Shown here one piece after another: positions 57,196 through 64,000 of a stretch of 64,000 nucleotides of DNA (positions within the stretch are counted from its first letter, which is position 1; every line of letters begins with the position of its first letter). This DNA is from Rhodobacterales bacterium (GTDB lineage Bacteria; Pseudomonadota; Alphaproteobacteria; Rhodobacterales; CAZPXZ01), in NCBI GenBank assembly GCA_965217995.1, contig CBDCKB010000004.1:1283788-1347787 (forward strand). Reading direction: 5' to 3'. The notes below the pieces were generated by a model that did no database searches, was not told the DNA's origin, and was given only the letters and a program-made list of their open reading frames with translations. The translations under genes were made by a program, and so were the position numbers.

Positions 57196-58068
57196 ATGGC
57201 GAGCCTTAAAGCCCTCCGCACCCGCATCAACAGCGTCGTTTCGACGCGCAAGATCACTCGTGCCATGCGGGCGGTCGCGGCGGCCAAATTGCGCCGCGCA
57301 CAGGAAGCGGCAGAGGCGGCGCGGCCCTATGCAGAAGGGATGGAGGCGATGCTGGCCAACATCGCCGGGTCGATGGGCAGCACGGCGTCGGCACCGCCCT
57401 TGTTCTCCGGCCATGGCGGGGAGATCCGCAATGTGCTGCTGGTGGTGGCGACGAGTGAGCGAGGTCTCTGCGGGGGCTTCAATTCCACGATCATACGCCT
57501 TGCAGCGGAACGGATCGTGCGTCTTCACAAAGAGAACAAGACCGTGCAGATCCTGACCGTCGGGCGCAAGGGGCGCGAGGCACTGCAGCGAAGATATGGC
57601 GAGCTGTTTGTCGACCATGTCGATCTCGCGGGTGTCCGCCGGATTGGCTATGGAGAGGCGAGGGGGATCGCGCAGCGGGTGATCGGGCGTTTCGAGTCCG
57701 GCGAACACGATACGTGCTCGATTTTCTTCAACCGCTTCCAGTCGGTGATCGTGCAGGTTCCCACGGAACGGCAGCTGATTCCGGTGCAGGCTCCCGGGGA
57801 AGCCGCAGTCTCCGGGCACTATGAATACGAAGAGGATGAGGCCGCGGTTCTTGAGGAACTTCTGCCGAAGAATGTGGCGGTGCAGATTTTCACTGCGCTG
57901 CTGGAGAACGCTGCCTCCGAGCAGGGGGCACGGATGACGGCGATGGAGAGCGCGACGCGCAATGCCGGCGAGATGATCGACCGCTTGCGGCGGGAGTACA
58001 ATCGCTCCCGTCAGGCCTCGATCACCAAGGAACTGATTGAAATCATCTCGGGTGCGGAAGCACTCTGA
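57196..58068 (+). CDS. atpG: F0F1 ATP synthase subunit gamma
   Basis: Starts MASLKALRTRINSVVSTRKITRAMRAVAAAKLRRAQ, with the C-terminal ITKELIEIISGAEAL. Confidence 0.96.
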   Translation: MASLKALRTRINSVVSTRKITRAMRAVAAAKLRRAQEAAEAARPYAEGMEAMLANIAGSMGSTASAPPLFSGHGGEIRNVLLVVATSERGLCGGFNSTIIRLAAERIVRLHKENKTVQILTVGRKGREALQRRYGELFVDHVDLAGVRRIGYGEARGIAQRVIGRFESGEHDTCSIFFNRFQSVIVQVPTERQLIPVQAPGEAAVSGHYEYEEDEAAVLEELLPKNVAVQIFTALLENAASEQGARMTAMESATRNAGEMIDRLRREYNRSRQASITKELIEIISGAEAL

Positions 58069-59523
<1,455 letters not shown>

Positions 59524-59532
59524 GGACCGATC

Positions 59533-59898
59533 ATGGCCGACGCTCTGACCCTCGAACTTGTCACGCCGGAGCGGCGCCTGCTGCAGACGGAAGCGCAGAT
59601 GGTGGTGTTGCCGGGCGTGGAGGGGGAGTTCGGTGCCATGCCCGGACATGCGCCGGTTGTTTCGGCCCTGCGGCCGGGACTGCTTCGGGTGCATGGGGCG
59701 GACGGCGTTGCGGAATATGTCGTCATCGATGGTTTTGTCGAGGTGACGGGCACGCATGTCCGGGTGCTGGCCGGTGAGGCGGTGCTGCGTGCGGAGTTTG
59801 ATCCCGGCATGCTTGAGGCGCGGGTGCAGGGGGCCGACGAGGCGGAGGATCGGGAACGCGCTGGTGCGCTGCGGGAACTGACCCGGCAACTCTCCTGA
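59533..59898 (+). CDS. atpC: F0F1 ATP synthase subunit epsilon
   Basis: 121 aa containing LELVTPERRLL...VVLPGVEGEFGAMPGHAP. It is last in the atp cluster. Confidence 0.92.
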   Translation: MADALTLELVTPERRLLQTEAQMVVLPGVEGEFGAMPGHAPVVSALRPGLLRVHGADGVAEYVVIDGFVEVTGTHVRVLAGEAVLRAEFDPGMLEARVQGADEAEDRERAGALRELTRQLS

Positions 59899-59899
59899 T

Positions 59900-60376
59900 T
59901 CAGGCCAGGAAGTCCGCAAACTCCATCAGCACCCGGTCATAGATGGCCCGCTTGAAGGGGACCACCCGCTCGGCGAGATCCGCCGCCGCCAGCCATGCCC
60001 AGCAGCGAAATTCCGACGGATCATGCGCGGTGATGTCGATCGCGGTCTCGGGGGCCGTGAGACGGTAGGCAAACCATTTCTGCGTTTGCCCGCGATAGCG
60101 CCCGCCCCACAGTCGGCCGGCCAGCTCGGTCGGCAGCTCGTAATCATGCCAGTCGGCACTCTCGGCGAGCGGCTCCAGATGCTCCGGATGCAGTCCGGTC
60201 TCTTCCCGGAGCTCCCGCAGGGAGGCCTCCTGCGGAGTTTCTCCGTTTTCGATGCCGCCTTGGGGCATCTGCCAGGCATCCGCGTAGCGGTCGACGCGCT
60301 GTCCGGCAAATACGAGACCTTCCGCATTCGCCAGCAGGATCCCGACGCAGGGGCGCATGGGCTTGTCCATGCTCAA
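59900..60376 (-). CDS. rppH: RNA pyrophosphohydrolase (Nudix)
   Basis: Nudix box QMPQGGIENGETPQEASLRELREETG, about 158 aa. It is convergent with atpC with a 1-nt gap. Confidence 0.9.
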   Translation of the reverse strand: MSMDKPMRPCVGILLANAEGLVFAGQRVDRYADAWQMPQGGIENGETPQEASLRELREETGLHPEHLEPLAESADWHDYELPTELAGRLWGGRYRGQTQKWFAYRLTAPETAIDITAHDPSEFRCWAWLAAADLAERVVPFKRAIYDRVLMEFADFLA

Positions 60377-61677
60377 CGATAGAAGCTGATGCCGTGGATC
60401 AGATCGAGGGCGTAGGCAAGCTGGTTGTCGGTGCGGCGCAGTTCGGCCGCCGCCTCGGCGCGACGGCGCTGCTCTTCTTCTTCGCGGGTCTGCGCGTCAT
60501 CCTCCAGCCCGTCATCGATGCTGCCGCGCAGGTCCGATTCCTTCGAGCGCGGGCGGCCGGTCGGCTCTTCGGCTTCGCTGTCGATGGCGGGGATGTGCTC
60601 CACGATGATGTCCGGCTGCAGGCCGCGGCCCTGGATCGAGCGTCCCGACGGCGTGTAGTAGCGGGCGATGGTGAGGCGCAAGGCGCCCTTGTCCCCGACC
60701 GGAGAGATGGTCTGCACGGATCCCTTGCCGAAGGTTTTGGTGCCGACGACGACCGCCCGACGGTGGTCCTGGAGAGCCCCGGAGACAATCTCGGAGGCTG
60801 AGGCCGAGCCGCCGTTGACCAACACGACGACGGGCAGCCCGTCCGCAAGGTCGCCGGGCCCGGCGTTGTGCCGCTCGATGTCTTCCGGATTGCGGCCGCG
60901 GGTGGAGACGATCTCGCCCCGTTCGAGGAAGGCGTCGGAGACGACCACCGCCTGTTCCAGCAGGCCGCCGGGATTGTTGCGGAGGTCGAGCACATAGCCG
61001 CGCACCCGATCGGCCCCGATTTCACGGTCAATCTCCTGGAAAGCCTTGCCCAGATCGTCGCCTACATTCTGGCTGAAAGTGGTGATCCGGATGTAGCCGA
61101 CTTCATTTTCGGCCCGCTGGCGGACCGCGCGAATCTGGATGATGTCACGGACGATGTCGATGTCGAACGGATCGGTACCCTCGCGGGTCACAGTGACGGT
61201 CACGGGGGAGCCGACTTCCCCGCGGAGCAGGTCGACCGATTCCTGAAGGGTCAGGCCCAGGATGGACTGGCCGTCGACATGGGTGATGAAATCACCGGCC
61301 TCGAGTCCGGCCCGGTCGGCCGGGGTATCGTCGATCGGTGAGACGACCTTCACGAAGCCGTTCTCCTGGGTGATCTCGATTCCGAGTCCGCCGAATTCCC
61401 CGCGGGTCTGGACCTGCATGTCGTTGAAACTCTCTGGGTCCAGATAGCCGGAATGCGGATCGAGGGAGGAGAGCATGCCGCGGATTGCGGCCTGGATCAG
61501 TTCGACGTCATCGACCTCTTCGACGTAGTTGGAACGCACCCGTTCCAGGATGTTGCCGAAAAGGTCGAGATACTCAAAGGTCTCCTGGGTTCCCCGCTCA
61601 TCCGCCCGGGGCAAAGCGGGGGCGACGAGGAGAAAGCCGAAGGCAAGGCCGAGAATGGCGGGAATGGATCGATACAT
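60373..61677 (-). CDS. ctpA: S41-family carboxy-terminal processing protease
   Basis: It has a signal peptide, a PDZ domain (GLGIEI..., PADRAGLEAGDFI), and the catalytic region (GGSASASEIVSGALQD, TFGKGSVQ). Confidence 0.92.
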   Translation of the reverse strand: MYRSIPAILGLAFGFLLVAPALPRADERGTQETFEYLDLFGNILERVRSNYVEEVDDVELIQAAIRGMLSSLDPHSGYLDPESFNDMQVQTRGEFGGLGIEITQENGFVKVVSPIDDTPADRAGLEAGDFITHVDGQSILGLTLQESVDLLRGEVGSPVTVTVTREGTDPFDIDIVRDIIQIRAVRQRAENEVGYIRITTFSQNVGDDLGKAFQEIDREIGADRVRGYVLDLRNNPGGLLEQAVVVSDAFLERGEIVSTRGRNPEDIERHNAGPGDLADGLPVVVLVNGGSASASEIVSGALQDHRRAVVVGTKTFGKGSVQTISPVGDKGALRLTIARYYTPSGRSIQGRGLQPDIIVEHIPAIDSEAEEPTGRPRSKESDLRGSIDDGLEDDAQTREEEEQRRRAEAAAELRRTDNQLAYALDLIHGISFYR

Positions 61678-61778
61678 GAATCCGGTCGTTCCGTCTGCAA
61701 CCGAGTCGCGAGTCTAGCAGATTGACGGGAAAGCGAAAACATCCCCCCGGCCGGCGGATCGAAGGATCCGTGCCCGGG

Positions 61779-63347
61779 TCATGCCGGTCGGCCGGATGCG
61801 GAATTCCCGACGAGCAGGGTCCGTCCGCTCATCGCCTCCGGTGCCGCAATCCCCATCAGGTCCAGGAGGCTTGGCGCGATATCGGCGAGCTCGCCGCCGG
61901 AGCGGATCGATCGGACATGGCGGGGGAGGGTACCGGCAAGGAGGCAGGGGACCGGCACAGTAGTGTGCGCGGTGTGGGGTCGGCCCGTCTTCGGATCAAG
62001 CATCGTCTCGGCATTGCCGTGATCGGCCGCCACCAGAGCTGTCCCGCCGTGACGTGCGAGCGCATCCACGGCCCGGCCGAGTTCTTCGTCGACCACCTCC
62101 ACGGCGCGGATCGTCGCCTGGAGGCTACCGGTATGGCCGACCATGTCGGGATTGGCAAAATTGACGATGATGAGGTCGTGTTCTTTCTCCCGGATCGCCT
62201 GCACCAGCCGGTCGCCGACCGCCCGTGCGGACATTTCGGGTTTGAGGTCGTAGGTCGCAACCTTGGGGCTCGGCACCAGAAAGCGCTCTTCGCCCGGATT
62301 TGGGGCCTCCACGCCGCCATTCAGAAAATAGGTCACATGCGGGTATTTTTCGGTTTCGGCGATGCGGAGCTGGCGGTAGCCCAGCATTGAAATGTGCCGA
62401 CCCAGGGTCGGTTCGATGGCTTGGGCGGGGAACAGGATCCTGAGATGTGGATCCAGTTCGGCCGAAAGCGAGGTCATGGCTGCGAGATGCTTTGGCCGCA
62501 GGGCGGTGGAAGTGTCGAAGGCCCCGAATTCGGGATCGGCGAGGGCCCCCATGATCTGCCGGGCACGGTCAGCCCGGAAATTCGCGATCAGCAATCCGTC
62601 TCCGGAAAGGAAGCCGTCGTATCCGTCGATGACGGTCGGGGCGACAAACTCATCCGTCTCGCCCCGCTGGAGGGCCATGTCGATGGCGGCATCTCCGTTT
62701 GCGGCACGGGGTCCTTCCCCGAGTGCCAGCGCCCGCCAGGCCTTCTCGGTGCGGTTCCAGTTGCGGTCACGATCCATGGCGTAATAGCGGCCGGAGATCG
62801 TGGCGGGGGAGATCTCGCCGTCCATACCGGCAATCCGCTCCCGCAGGGAGGCCAGGTAGCCGGCGGCGGTGCCCGGCAGGACGTCGCGGCCGTCGAGAAA
62901 CAGATGGAGACGGACAGGGATGCCGTCGGCGGCAAGGTGCCCCGCCAGCGCGGCGATGTGGTCGAGATGGGCGTGGACTCCACCATCCGAGGCGAGGCCG
63001 ATCAGATGCGCGGTGCCTCCGGATGGGCGCAGGTCTGCCGCAAAGCTGGCGAGCGCGGAATTTTCGGCCAGTGCACCGCGGGCGATGGCCTGGTTGATGC
63101 GCGGCAGATTCATTTGCACGATGCGGCCTGCACCAATGGTCGTATGACCGACCTCAGAATTTCCGATCTGGCCTTCCGGCAAGCCAACCGCACTTCCGGA
63201 AGCGCGCAGGGTTGCAAACGGGCCGGTCTTGCGCAGGCGGTCGAATACGGGGGTGCGGGCGAGAGCGACCGCATTGCCTTCTTTCTGTTCGGGTCGTTCC
63301 CCCCAGCCGTCAAGAATCACCAGAACGACCGGCCGGATTCCGGTCAC
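61779..63347 (-). CDS. gpmI: 2,3-bisphosphoglycerate-independent phosphoglycerate mutase
   Basis: 522 aa. It contains VVLVILDGWG, NSEVGHTTIGAGR and ADHGNAE. Confidence 0.96.
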   Translation of the reverse strand: MTGIRPVVLVILDGWGERPEQKEGNAVALARTPVFDRLRKTGPFATLRASGSAVGLPEGQIGNSEVGHTTIGAGRIVQMNLPRINQAIARGALAENSALASFAADLRPSGGTAHLIGLASDGGVHAHLDHIAALAGHLAADGIPVRLHLFLDGRDVLPGTAAGYLASLRERIAGMDGEISPATISGRYYAMDRDRNWNRTEKAWRALALGEGPRAANGDAAIDMALQRGETDEFVAPTVIDGYDGFLSGDGLLIANFRADRARQIMGALADPEFGAFDTSTALRPKHLAAMTSLSAELDPHLRILFPAQAIEPTLGRHISMLGYRQLRIAETEKYPHVTYFLNGGVEAPNPGEERFLVPSPKVATYDLKPEMSARAVGDRLVQAIREKEHDLIIVNFANPDMVGHTGSLQATIRAVEVVDEELGRAVDALARHGGTALVAADHGNAETMLDPKTGRPHTAHTTVPVPCLLAGTLPRHVRSIRSGGELADIAPSLLDLMGIAAPEAMSGRTLLVGNSASGRPA

Positions 63348-63348
63348 C

Positions 63349-63699
63349 TCAGCCCGCCGCGGCTGGATGCGCGCCTATCGGACCCCAGAGTTTTTCCAGG
63401 TCGTAGAATTTGCGGATTTCTGGCCGGAACACATGAACGATGATGTTGCCCGCATCGACCAGGACCCAGTCACCGATTTCGGTGCCTTCCAGATGGCTCG
63501 GGAGATTGCGTTCCTTCTTGAGGCGCTCGACCAGGTTTTCGGCAATGGCACGGACATGGCGGTTGGACCGACCGGAGGCAATGACCATGCCATCGGCAAG
63601 CGGGGACTTCCCGCGGAGGTCGATATGGACGACCTCCTCTGCCTTCTCATCGTCAAGCACGGCCAGAAGGAAGCCGAGCAGGGAGTCCGATTCGGTCAT
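63349..63699 (-). CDS. rsfS: Ribosome silencing factor RsfS
   Basis: Start taken at MTESDSLLG (63699) within ORF 63349..63774. It contains DGMVIASGRSNRHVRAIAENL and WVLVDAGNIIVHVFRPEIRKFYDLEKLW. Confidence 0.88.
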   Translation of the reverse strand: MTESDSLLGFLLAVLDDEKAEEVVHIDLRGKSPLADGMVIASGRSNRHVRAIAENLVERLKKERNLPSHLEGTEIGDWVLVDAGNIIVHVFRPEIRKFYDLEKLWGPIGAHPAAAG

Positions 63700-63922
63700 C
63701 GGCCTGGACCCGGCGGTTCCGGTTGTGAATGCGTGTTGCGAAGCGGATGCTTGCAGCGGAAATCCTCCAGGCATCGGGCACCGTGTGCCCGTCTCATCCC
63801 CGGTGCAAGGATAGAGATGTGCGGGGGCGATTCAACACCCCGATCCCACAAAGGCGGATTTGCCGGGCAGAAAAACGGATCCGCTTCCGGCCCTCTTCGG
63901 CAGCAGGGGGCGGTCTGCGCAT

Positions 63923-64000
63923 TCAGCGGATCAAGTAGGTGAGCGGGATGCGGAAGGTAAACCGTTCTCCCGGCAGGCTGGCGGGGGCCGTGCGGTATTC
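63923..64000 (-). CDS. 3' end of an upstream CDS running off the window (possibly nadD, by synteny with rsfS)
   Basis: Minus-strand reading from nt 64000 gives EYRTAPASLPGERFTFRIPLTYLIR*. nadD-rsfS adjacency is widely conserved, but with only 25 residues visible the identity is a guess. Confidence 0.3.
   Translation of the reverse strand, partial: EYRTAPASLPGERFTFRIPLTYLIR

Overview
High-GC (about 65-70% by eye) chromosomal segment whose gene content and order look alphaproteobacterial, possibly Rhodospirillales or Acetobacteraceae-like; that lineage call is an inference only. Most of the window is densely packed housekeeping genes: aroQ-accB-accC, aat, rne, ileS-lspA, two M16 peptidases, mutL, an NAD-type formate dehydrogenase (fused beta subunit plus alpha) followed by folD, aroK-aroB, dinB, tatABC, surE, serS, rpiA, gor, galU, atpHAGDC, rppH, ctpA, gpmI and rsfS. 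There are three tRNAs: Arg-CCT, Phe-GAA and Val-GAC. I saw no rRNA, no CRISPR array and no clear IS element. Many long ORFs in the six-frame track are antisense or out-of-frame shadows typical of GC-rich DNA, and I did not call them. Five things stand out. (1) serS carries an in-frame tandem-repeat expansion of about 330 residues (51/57-bp units) at the tip of its tRNA-binding coiled-coil arm. (2) rne carries nine in-frame 105-bp (35-aa) repeats that alternate arginine-rich and acidic blocks in its C-terminal region. (3) An Rpn-family (YhgA-like PD-(D/E)XK) nuclease gene is followed by an in-frame tandem duplication that creates a free-standing copy of its C-terminal domain. This copy could be a dedicated version of the intragenic RpnS-type antitoxin. 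(4) A roughly 1.5-kb AT-rich islet upstream of ileS holds a remnant of a type ISP restriction-modification enzyme and a small phage-like ORF. (5) There are several decayed gene remnants: a GMC oxidoreductase next to tRNA-Arg, and a polysaccharide deacetylase with two TAG nonsense codons. All functional calls come from reading the translated ORFs and recognising motifs. No database search was run.
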